Part shown: piece after piece, positions 8,493 through 18,662 of the stretch
How the letters are laid out: each line of letters starts with the position of its first letter
How positions within the stretch are numbered: position 1 is the stretch's first letter
DNA from: an uncultured Gemmatimonadaceae bacterium
Lineage (GTDB): Bacteria > Gemmatimonadota > Gemmatimonadetes > Gemmatimonadales > Gemmatimonadaceae
Assembly (NCBI GenBank): GCA_963740355.1
Contig: CAVUDW010000003.1
Coordinates: 96,001 to 160,000 of the forward strand
Length of the DNA: 64,000 bases
Reading direction: 5' to 3'
Made by a program: the position numbers and the translations under genes
The notes under the pieces: generated by a model
The model's input: the letters and a program-made list of their open reading frames with translations, nothing else
The model's database searches: none
Told to the model about the DNA's origin: nothing

Positions 8493-9686
8493 TCACACGT
8501 TCTGTGCGACCGACCGCAACGAATCAGCGAAGCTGGTGGCGTATCCGTGCGCTCGCAGGTGCTGCATGGCTGCGTACACCGGCGCCTCGAGCTGCTCGGC
8601 GGCCTCCACCATCGTGCCGATGTCGAAGGGCACATCAGCGACACGCGCGAGATATTCCTCGGCGGCGGTGAGATACCCCATCATCCCGCCCAGCTCCGTC
8701 GGTGCGTACGCCTTCCGAGCCTGCCGCAGGAGTTCCGTACCGGCAGCCTCGTCGGGCATGGCGAGGTTTTCCGAGCCGCAGACGATGCGGAGGCGCGGAT
8801 TGGCCGCGATGACGCCGATCGACGCCATGTCCAGGGAACCACCAGCAGCGTTCACCACCAGCGCATCGATCGGGCTGGCGAGCAGGGCGGCCTTGGCCTC
8901 GGGCGCGAACACCTCGACACCCATCGCGGCCAGTTCCGCGCGCCGCTTGTCACTGGCATCGAGAGCGAGGATGTGCGTGCCCTGTGCGCGCAACCGCTCG
9001 AGGACTCGCGACCCAACGTTGCCGCAGCCAATCAGTCCAACCGTTGCATCCGGCAAGGCGATGTCACGCGCGCGAAGCATCGCCGCGAGCACGTGAAAGT
9101 TGCCCTGACCGGTGGGCTGTGACGTGTCCGAGACGACGCAACCGCGGAAGCGTGCATTGAGGTAGTCGAGCGATCGGGTCGTGCCATCCGACATCAGGCC
9201 ATGGCCAAGATCCTGGCCGGTGGTGATGAAGAATCCGCCGCGATCTTCCGCGTCGTGCAGACAGTCGATTGCGAAATCGAGCAGCGCCTGATCGTGCGGC
9301 TGTCCAACACGGGCATCGGCACTGGGGTGCAGCACACACTTGCCACCGACGATGCGGTTGGTGTCGCGGCGTGCGAGGGGGCCCGCGATCCCGAGCAGGC
9401 GCGACCACCCCACCTTCTCTTCCATCCCCACGGCGAGCCCAGCGGCCTCATGATCGGTATCGAAGCCGGCGGATTCCGTGCGTTCAAGCGGCGCAATCCG
9501 AAAGCCGCCCAGCGACAGCCGTCCGGAGCCCGGCGCGGCGCAGGTCGCGATGCTCAGCCGCCACCCGTGGGTCGGGTCGACGTAGCGGTAGATCCACACG
9601 TCAGGCGGCTCGCCGGCGTGACCTGTCGGGATCAGGGCGGCGGTGTCCGGCGGACAAAGCACCGTCGGGACGGGAGCGCGTGACAT
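8493..9686 (-). CDS. Divergent Glu/Leu/Phe/Val amino-acid dehydrogenase family protein
   Basis: Colinear matches to LeuDH/PheDH motifs: LGGFR, GMEEK, GGKCVL, TTGQDLG, DTSQPTG, GCGNVG Rossmann, CGSEN and YAP. Confidence 0.7.
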   Translation of the reverse strand: MSRAPVPTVLCPPDTAALIPTGHAGEPPDVWIYRYVDPTHGWRLSIATCAAPGSGRLSLGGFRIAPLERTESAGFDTDHEAAGLAVGMEEKVGWSRLLGIAGPLARRDTNRIVGGKCVLHPSADARVGQPHDQALLDFAIDCLHDAEDRGGFFITTGQDLGHGLMSDGTTRSLDYLNARFRGCVVSDTSQPTGQGNFHVLAAMLRARDIALPDATVGLIGCGNVGSRVLERLRAQGTHILALDASDKRRAELAAMGVEVFAPEAKAALLASPIDALVVNAAGGSLDMASIGVIAANPRLRIVCGSENLAMPDEAAGTELLRQARKAYAPTELGGMMGYLTAAEEYLARVADVPFDIGTMVEAAEQLEAPVYAAMQHLRAHGYATSFADSLRSVAQNV

Positions 9687-9749
9687 ACGAAGAATGGCGG
9701 ACTCGGGTGTGGACGGCGGCAGGCGAGAGGCCGGAACGCTAACGGAACA

Positions 9750-9780
9750 CGCCGTGCGGACCCAGTGAGTCCGCACGGCG
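9750..9780 (-). terminator. Terminator-like hairpin downstream of the PEP-CTERM gene
   Basis: Perfect 12-bp stem CGCCGTGCGGAC / GTCCGCACGGCG. Confidence 0.6.
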
Positions 9781-9861
9781 CGCAAGAAAGACGGACCAGT
9801 CTGACTTCACGTCACAGTACGCCGAAGCACCACGATCTGTTGCATCGGCGCACGGACCTCC

Positions 9862-10494
9862 CTACACGCTCCGGCGGCGCCGACTCACGAGCGCAAGGCC
9901 GCCGAGGCCCGTCAGCATGAGCAGGTAAGTCGACGGTTCCGGTACGACACCAGGCGGCGCGTTGGGGGCGTTCAGGGTGAAGCTGTCGATGGAGACGAGG
10001 ACGCCGTCGGTAATTCCGTCACCAGTCCAGCGCACTTCGATGGTGTTGAGGCCGGCGATGAAGTTCGTGAACGTCTGTGGCGTCGCGAGCTGGTAGGTGT
10101 TCGCCGGTCCGCAGGCTGCCGACGTGCCCGCCTGCACGCCGTTGATCCAGATGCCAAGCGGCGTATTGTCCGCCGTACAACGCATGGTGACCGACAGCTG
10201 GTCGGTCGCGCCGAGCTCGAACGTCGTGCGCGCGGCGTAGGTGGTGAACAACCCCGTGATCGTGCCACTCGGCGTCGCGCCAGTCCACTGGTAGTTGCCC
10301 GGCGAATTCGGCGTACCCGGGCGCGAAGGCAGGACGAAACCCTGTGAGAAGGCGCCGTCCAGGGCGGCGATGTACCAGCGTGTGTCTCGCCCATCGGCGA
10401 GTGTGACGCCAGTGCCGACCAATAGTTGCGCGTGGCCCAGCGACGGTGCCAACAACAGTGCTGCCGCAGTGATCAACTGTCTGTGGAGCTTCAT
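9862..10494 (-). CDS. PEP-CTERM sorting-domain surface protein
   Basis: Signal peptide, and C-terminal VPEPSTYLLMLTGLGGLALVSRRRR (PEP, TM helix, Arg tail). Confidence 0.9.
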   Translation of the reverse strand: MKLHRQLITAAALLLAPSLGHAQLLVGTGVTLADGRDTRWYIAALDGAFSQGFVLPSRPGTPNSPGNYQWTGATPSGTITGLFTTYAARTTFELGATDQLSVTMRCTADNTPLGIWINGVQAGTSAACGPANTYQLATPQTFTNFIAGLNTIEVRWTGDGITDGVLVSIDSFTLNAPNAPPGVVPEPSTYLLMLTGLGGLALVSRRRRSV

Positions 10495-10784
10495 GAATGA
10501 CGCGCCTCGTGCCGATGGTGATCCGTGTCGGGGCGCAGTCGGCGCGACCCCTCACCAAAGCAGACGCTGCCATGCCTTCCCGATTCTCACGGACCTCCAG
10601 CTGCGAGCCCGTCACCAGCAAAGCCTGCACCTTGGAGGCAGGCCGCACGCCTGACGGCACTGATTGCCCCCAGATCGATCGCGAACCGGGGCTGCACGCG
10701 AATCACCCTCGGGCGCTGGCAACGCCCTGCCCGACGCACCAGTCACCCTCGGGATCATCGCGGCAGTCGTGCCACGGCAGAGCG

Positions 10785-12346
<1,562 letters not shown>

Positions 12347-12424
12347 GCAATCGATTGTTCGTGCAGACTAGTGGCGACTGGCCGCGTACGTCAAGTGTTC
12401 GGCAGCCTGAACCACGCGGGCTCG

Positions 12425-14704
12425 TCAGATCAGGTCCTCGAGCCCGGCAACTCGCATCAGTCGTGTGTAGCGCGGATCCACCGCAAAGCCGCGAAAGTCC
12501 ACCGGCATGTCGGCGAGCATGCGGCGCAAGCGTCCCGGTCGGTTCTCGAACGCCTTCAGCACCCAATCCATCGCGCTGTGCCAGTCGCCGAGTTCAGCGT
12601 ATCCGGAGGCCAGGCGGTCGCCGACCGTGCGACGGAAATAGTCGTAGAACGGATCACTGCGCTCAGCGTCGAGGAGCAACCCATCAACTTCGCGACGCAC
12701 GTCATTCTGGATCGCGGCTGCAGGACCGACCGTGAGGACATCGGCATCGAGCAGTTCCGCGCGATCGCGCTGATTGGCCGACCGCAGACGCGCGCTGCGC
12801 AATTCGGCCGCGAGATCGAGCTCGCCGTGCGCACGGCGCGCCCGTTCGAGTCGTTCAAGCGCCGGACCATAGTTCGGCACGAGGGCAATCGCCTTCCGTA
12901 ACGCGTCGATCGCATCGGAGTTGCGACCGGCGGCAAGCAACACGTCGCCCAAGGTATTCCAGAACGGTCCGATCTCCGGCGCCATGACGCACGCATTGCG
13001 TGCGGCATCGATCGCTTCGTCGAGACGCCCCATGATCTTGCAGACGATGCTCCAGAAGCGCAGCACCTCCGGATTTGAGGGATCCAGTTCCATCGACCGG
13101 CGCGCATGCCGAAGGGCCAGGTGAATGTCGTCATCGTTGTAGAGCGCAATCTTTGCCAACGACGAGTGCACTTCGGCGCATTGATCGTCCGCAGCCAGCG
13201 CTTCATACATCAGCCGTCGGCCTTCGATCAGCGATTCCTCGCGCGGCAGCAAGCCATAGTTACCCTCGACCGACACGAGATTCCCCATCGCGCTCAACGC
13301 CCGGGGATTCTTCGGCTCCAGCGCGAGTGCGCGCATAAGGTATGTGCGCGCCTCCCGCATGTACGACACCGAGGCCGCACCGCCGCTTGGGCCGAACTGA
13401 TTGAAGGCGTTGACGCCCTTGATGACGAACTGCTCGGCTTCGCTGAGGCGCGCGCTGGACTGCGGGCGATGCGGGTGTGCAGCGGTCGTGACCGAGACGG
13501 TGCGCGCAAACCATGCGGCGACCCGTTCCGTCACCGCATCCTCGAGCGCAAACAGATCGTCGAGTGCGCCGTCGGCGTTCTCGGACCAGCGCAATGCCCC
13601 ATCCGCACCCACGACGCGCATCGAGACCCGCACACGCTGCCCAGATCGCCGCACATTTCCTTCGACCAGCAGTGTCGCCTGCATCCGATCGGTGAGGTGC
13701 ACCCGCACACCGGGCACGCCGGCCAGTGAAGACGCAATTGCCGCAGTCACGGCGGTGGCGACCGGCGCGCACTCCGCATCGTCGCTCGCATACGTGAGCG
13801 CGCCGACAGCGACGGTCTCGATGGTCACGACGGGCAAGAGCGCCGCACTCGTCTGAGGCGGCTGCACTTGCGACGCGGCACGCAGGCGACGCGACACGTC
13901 GGCCGCGGTGGCGGGCCGCCGCGCGGGATCTTTCTCCAGCAGTTGCATCACGATCTGCTGAAGCTCGGCGGGCGCGGTGGTGCCGCGTTCGCCGAGTGGC
14001 TGCGGTGGTTCTGACAGATGTTTGCCAAGCACAGCCAGCGCGGTGGCAGCAACAAAGGGCGGCTCCCCACAGAGCAGCTCGTAGAGAAGACAGCCAAGGC
14101 TGTAGAGGTCTGACCGGCCGTCGAGGTTCGGTTCGCCAAGCCCCTGCTCCGGGCTCATGTACGCCAGCGTACCGAGCACCATGCCGCCCGTCGTGAGATC
14201 GCGACCGCTGCCGGCGCCTTGGCCGATCAGTCGCGCGATGCCGAAGTCCGCGAGCACCGCGCGTCCGGCGACAGTGAACACATTCTCCGGCTTCACGTCA
14301 CGATGCACGATGCCGGTTCCGTGTGCAATGGCGAGCGCTTCAGCGACATCGGCTCCCAGCGACGCCGCCTCCTGCGGCGTCAGGCGTCGTTCGCGAGACA
14401 GACGTGCCCGCAGCGTTTCGCCGGCCACGAATGGCATCACGTAATACAGCCGACCGTCTGCCACGCCGGAATCGAAGAGCGCAACGATGCCTGGATGCAC
14501 CAGCTTCGCCATGAGGGCGATCTCGCGCTGAAATCGCTCCGCGCCAACACTGCTGGAGAGGTCGCCGGACAGCACCTTGATCGCGACGTACCGGCCGAGG
14601 TGGTTGTCGTGCGCCCGATAGACGACGGCCATGCCGCCACGCCCGATCTCGCGGTCGAGCTCAAAACGAGGCGGCAAGGAAAGGCTGGCGACTTCGGTAG
14701 TCAT
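12425..14704 (-). CDS. Hanks-type Ser/Thr protein kinase with TolB-N-like and TPR domains
   Basis: GRGGMAVV, VAIK, HRDVKPEN, DFG and YMSPE; EGNVRRSGQRVRV and TPR-like helices. Confidence 0.9.
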   Translation of the reverse strand: MTTEVASLSLPPRFELDREIGRGGMAVVYRAHDNHLGRYVAIKVLSGDLSSSVGAERFQREIALMAKLVHPGIVALFDSGVADGRLYYVMPFVAGETLRARLSRERRLTPQEAASLGADVAEALAIAHGTGIVHRDVKPENVFTVAGRAVLADFGIARLIGQGAGSGRDLTTGGMVLGTLAYMSPEQGLGEPNLDGRSDLYSLGCLLYELLCGEPPFVAATALAVLGKHLSEPPQPLGERGTTAPAELQQIVMQLLEKDPARRPATAADVSRRLRAASQVQPPQTSAALLPVVTIETVAVGALTYASDDAECAPVATAVTAAIASSLAGVPGVRVHLTDRMQATLLVEGNVRRSGQRVRVSMRVVGADGALRWSENADGALDDLFALEDAVTERVAAWFARTVSVTTAAHPHRPQSSARLSEAEQFVIKGVNAFNQFGPSGGAASVSYMREARTYLMRALALEPKNPRALSAMGNLVSVEGNYGLLPREESLIEGRRLMYEALAADDQCAEVHSSLAKIALYNDDDIHLALRHARRSMELDPSNPEVLRFWSIVCKIMGRLDEAIDAARNACVMAPEIGPFWNTLGDVLLAAGRNSDAIDALRKAIALVPNYGPALERLERARRAHGELDLAAELRSARLRSANQRDRAELLDADVLTVGPAAAIQNDVRREVDGLLLDAERSDPFYDYFRRTVGDRLASGYAELGDWHSAMDWVLKAFENRPGRLRRMLADMPVDFRGFAVDPRYTRLMRVAGLEDLI

Positions 14705-14874
14705 GGGCGGGGCACGAAGCAGTTGGCGACGGAACGTGACATCGTCGGAGATATAGCAGCCGGTGCTGTGGTGTGCGGACCGATTCGCTTGACTGTTGCC
14801 CGACCAGGTGCTGCTGAGCATGCCCGAACCGGTCGCGAGGGTTAACCTCGTCTCTGTCCGGCGCGCCGAACACC

Positions 14875-15480
14875 GTGGGCGCACGCTTCAGGCCGGACAC
14901 ACTCCGGAGCGAGCCGCGCGTGACCCTGATCAGCACCGAGCGCACTCTCCTGCGCGAGATGACCGTGGAGGATGCGCCATTCATCCTCAACCTTCTCAAC
15001 CAGCCGTCATTCGTCCGCTACATCGGCGATCGACAGGTGCGGACGGTTGATGACGCCGCGACCTTCATCGAAACACGCTACCGGCAGAGTTACCGCGAGC
15101 ACGGCTATGGGCTCTACGTGGTGGCGCATCGGGAGTCGGCTGCCCCGATGGGGATGTGTGGCTTCGTGCGGCGGGCCGGCCTGCCCTGCGCCGACATCGG
15201 CTTTGCATTTCTTCCCCAGTACGAAGGCTGTGGCTACGCCTTCGAGGCCGCAGCGGCGGTGCTCGAGTTCGGGCGCACGACGCTCCGTCTTCCCCGTGTG
15301 CTGGCAATCGCCCAGCCGGACAACGTGCGATCTCATCAACTACTGATTCGCCTCGGCTTCGAACGGACCTCGCTCATGACGATGCCCGGTGATGTAACAC
15401 CCGTGGTCGTCTTCGCCCTCGATCTGACGTCGGACGACGTACGTCTTCCCCAAAGGGATGACGCGACCGGGTACGCATGA
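14875..15480 (+). CDS. GNAT (RimJ/RimL-type) N-acetyltransferase
   Basis: TERTLLR, DIGFAFLPQYEGCGYAFEAA and NVRSHQLLIRLGF; start uncertain. Confidence 0.85.
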   Translation: MGARFRPDTLRSEPRVTLISTERTLLREMTVEDAPFILNLLNQPSFVRYIGDRQVRTVDDAATFIETRYRQSYREHGYGLYVVAHRESAAPMGMCGFVRRAGLPCADIGFAFLPQYEGCGYAFEAAAAVLEFGRTTLRLPRVLAIAQPDNVRSHQLLIRLGFERTSLMTMPGDVTPVVVFALDLTSDDVRLPQRDDATGYA

Positions 15481-15913
15481 TCGTTGGCCGTGGAGCGGCG
15501 CGGGAAATGGCACCGCCGACTACATTTGTTTTCGCACATACGGCCTTTCCTGATCACCGGCTGGGCGCGCCATTCAGGGTGTCGGCGGACGCGCCGTTAC
15601 TCGTGTCTGGGTCGTGTTGACGAGTGGGACGAGTGCCTGGAAATGAGCGTTCCTTGGTCACCATGGCGGTAACCAAGACGACCTCTGGGTCGTCTGTCGC
15701 TGCGGGGCAGCCGACGGTGTCGGAGGCCTCTCTCGACGCCGCGGAGCCAGGCTCTTCGGGCGTCGATCAGTGCGCGGCCCACCCAGCCACCTTTTCTCCT
15801 GCTCGGACCAGCGTGATCACAGAAGATGCGGGACGGCATGCCCCACCCGGCCTGCAATCCCAGCCCGACCTCGTCACGCCCATGCTTGCATGGGGCGCTG
15901 ATCGGTGCGTGGC

Positions 15914-17524
15914 ATGAGCAGTCTTCCTGAGGCCCCTGCGCCGGATTCACTCGTTTCCGCAGCGCCGAGCGCCGCGGAACCGGGTCCGAAAGCGAAGGCT
16001 CCGCTGCGTCCCGACACCATGACGCCGCGCTCTGGCGCAGCGCTGCGGTCCGACGTCTCCAACTCGATCGGGAACGCGCTCAAGCTCGGCGTCTCGCTGC
16101 TTGGGACCTGGGCCGTCGCCCTGTTGATCCGGATGGCGCTCCCGCGCTTCCTCGGTCCGGCGGCGTTCGGCGAGCTGCAATTTGCGGATGCGTTCTCGAT
16201 AGTGGCGATGGTGGTGACTTGGCTGGGCGTCGAGACCTACATCCGAAAGGAAGTCCCAACGCGACCGGACCATGCGTCGGATTTCATCGGCGGCACCATG
16301 ACGGTCGGCGTGTCGCTCGGCGTGCTGGCCATCCTGATCGCGATTCCAGCACTGCAAGCGGCCGGCAAGTCGGCGCCCGTGCTGATCCTGGTAGCGATCC
16401 TGAGTTGCGGCCAGATTCTCGCCAACCAGAACAACACACTCTCCGCGGTCCTGCACGCCACCGGCAAGATCGACGGACTGGCGGTGCTCAACATCGGTGC
16501 GAAGGTGGCATGGGGCGGCGGTATCGCGCTCAGCTTCTTCCTCGGGTTCGGCGTGCGCGGCGTCGCGTTCTCGATGCTGGCGTCGGAAGTGCTGCGGTTG
16601 GCCTGCCTGATCTACCTCACGCAGCAGCACGCCGGGCTGCGGTTCAAGTTCGATCGCAAGGCGACGACCGCCGTGCTGGTGTCGAGCGCCCCGTACTACC
16701 TGCTGGGCCTCGCGCAGTCGATCTACTCGCGCATCGACGTCAGCATCCTGTCGTTCCTCTCGAACTACACCGAGGTCGGCTGGTACGGCGCGGCATCCAC
16801 GATCGCAGGCATGTCCCTCCTTCTCTCACCTCTCATTTCGTGGGTGATCCTGCCGCTGACGCAGCGAGCGGCGGCCCGATCGCATGACGAACTGATGATG
16901 GTCTCGCGGCGTGCGCTGGAACTGATCCTTGTCTCTGCGTTCCCGGTGACGCTGGCGTTCTTCGTCTCGGCGCCGATCATCGTACCGCTGGCGTTCGGGC
17001 CGGAGTTTGCCGTCGCCTCACACGCGCTGCGGATCCTCGCGCCGACATTCGTGCTCACGTACGCGGCCATCGTCTGCGGCTCGCTGCTGATCCGCATGGG
17101 CAAGGGATGGGTTGCGACTGGCATTTCAGTGGCCGGCATGTTGCTGGCGCCAGTGCTCAACCTGCTCATCGTGCCGATCTTCCAGCGGAACTTCGGTCCC
17201 GGTGGCGCCGGCATGGGCGCGGCGACCTGTCTCAGCCTGACGGAGTTGTTTGCGGCCAGCATGATGATGTATGCGCTTGGCCGCGAGATCATCGATCGGC
17301 GCACGATCACGGTCCTCTCGAAGACGGTGCTGGTAGGCCTCGGCGTGATCGCGCTGGACTATGTGTTGACGCCGCTGATCGGCGTCTGGCGCTTGCCGGT
17401 GGATGGCCTGGCCTACGTTGGCGTCGGTGTCCTCATCGGTGCGATTGACGTGAAGGGGCTGTCGTCGATCGTGAAGAACGCGCTGGCGGAACGTCGCAAG
17501 CAGAAGTCGGAGGTGGCGGCATGA
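15914..17524 (+). CDS. Wzx-type polysaccharide flippase
   Basis: About 14 hydrophobic segments; RFLGPAAFG, IYSRIDVSIL and EVGWYGAA motifs; coupled to a GT2 gene. Confidence 0.85.
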   Translation: MSSLPEAPAPDSLVSAAPSAAEPGPKAKAPLRPDTMTPRSGAALRSDVSNSIGNALKLGVSLLGTWAVALLIRMALPRFLGPAAFGELQFADAFSIVAMVVTWLGVETYIRKEVPTRPDHASDFIGGTMTVGVSLGVLAILIAIPALQAAGKSAPVLILVAILSCGQILANQNNTLSAVLHATGKIDGLAVLNIGAKVAWGGGIALSFFLGFGVRGVAFSMLASEVLRLACLIYLTQQHAGLRFKFDRKATTAVLVSSAPYYLLGLAQSIYSRIDVSILSFLSNYTEVGWYGAASTIAGMSLLLSPLISWVILPLTQRAAARSHDELMMVSRRALELILVSAFPVTLAFFVSAPIIVPLAFGPEFAVASHALRILAPTFVLTYAAIVCGSLLIRMGKGWVATGISVAGMLLAPVLNLLIVPIFQRNFGPGGAGMGAATCLSLTELFAASMMMYALGREIIDRRTITVLSKTVLVGLGVIALDYVLTPLIGVWRLPVDGLAYVGVGVLIGAIDVKGLSSIVKNALAERRKQKSEVAA

Positions 17525-18603
17525 GTTCGAACGATGCAATCGCGCCGTCGGCGCCGGACATCAGCGTCGTCATCGCGACCTACAATCGCACCGAGTCGTT
17601 GGTGCGACTGCTGAAGTTGCTCGCCGTGCAGACCATCGACGCGACGCGTTTCGAGGTGGTGGTGGTGGATGATGGCTCTCGTGTGCCGGCCGAGCCGGTG
17701 CTCCGCGAACTCGCGCCGTCATTGCCGTATCGTCTACATCCGATCACGCAGGTGAATGGTGGTCCGGGCGCGGCGCGCAACACAGGCATTCAGGCTGCGA
17801 ACGGGACGTTGATCGTGATCGTGGACGACGACATGCGCGTCAGTCCCACCTTTCTCGAGTCGCACCTGAAGGGCCATCCGGCGGGTACGCGTCGCGTGGT
17901 GCTGGGCGTGCTGCTTCCCGACCCCGAAGCCACGCTGCCGTTGTTCGAGCGTTACCAGATGGCGATGCTCGACCGACTGTACACGAATGTGCGCACCGGC
18001 CGGGAGCAGATGCGCGGCTGGGATCTCTACACTGGCAATGTGTCGTTCCGCCGTGCCGACTATCTCGCCGTTGGCGGCTTCGACCGGTCACTGCGCCTGT
18101 CGGAGGACGCTGAACTGGGCATGCGGCTCGAGGAGGATGGCGTGTCGTTCACTCTGTCCGATGATGCCGCCTCGGTGAACGCGTCGGACCATGTGTCGGT
18201 GCGGGCCTGGATGCGGCGTTCCCTGCTCTATGGCAAGTCGGACACGCGCATTTCCGAGAAACATCCGGAACTGCCGGCGGCAAATCCGTGGCGATTCCTC
18301 TTCATGGTCAACCGAGTCTCGCGGCCGTTCATGCTGGGCTGCGTGGTGGTGCCGCGGCTGATGCGGCCCGTGGCATGGCTGGCGATGGGCACATCCCTCG
18401 CGCTCGGTCGGCTGGGCTTCGAGAAGGTGGCCATCGCCGGCACGACGTTCGCGTACGGGCTGCAATACTTTCGTGGCATCCGGGCGCACTGCGGCACGAT
18501 GAGTGACGCTCTTGCGTCGCTAGACAAGTACAAGGCACAGCGGCCCACCGATCGCGTGGGGCCGGTGAGTGGCATCGGCAACCCGTCCGTCAACGCACAC
18601 TGA
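17521..18603 (+). CDS. GT2 family glycosyltransferase
   Basis: SVVIATYNR, VVVDDGS, GPGAARNTG, DDD and GGFD...EDAELG; ATGA overlap with the flippase. Confidence 0.9.
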   Translation: MSSNDAIAPSAPDISVVIATYNRTESLVRLLKLLAVQTIDATRFEVVVVDDGSRVPAEPVLRELAPSLPYRLHPITQVNGGPGAARNTGIQAANGTLIVIVDDDMRVSPTFLESHLKGHPAGTRRVVLGVLLPDPEATLPLFERYQMAMLDRLYTNVRTGREQMRGWDLYTGNVSFRRADYLAVGGFDRSLRLSEDAELGMRLEEDGVSFTLSDDAASVNASDHVSVRAWMRRSLLYGKSDTRISEKHPELPAANPWRFLFMVNRVSRPFMLGCVVVPRLMRPVAWLAMGTSLALGRLGFEKVAIAGTTFAYGLQYFRGIRAHCGTMSDALASLDKYKAQRPTDRVGPVSGIGNPSVNAH

Positions 18604-18662
18604 CAGGCGTCCAGCAAATCCGCGCCACGAGGCACGAGAGGCGTTGGATGCCGTTCGTCGCC

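Noticed and set aside
15624..15917. Small ORF whose stop overlaps the flippase ATG (ATGA)
   Set aside because: Low-complexity sequence with no motif and no SD; the overlap alone is insufficient
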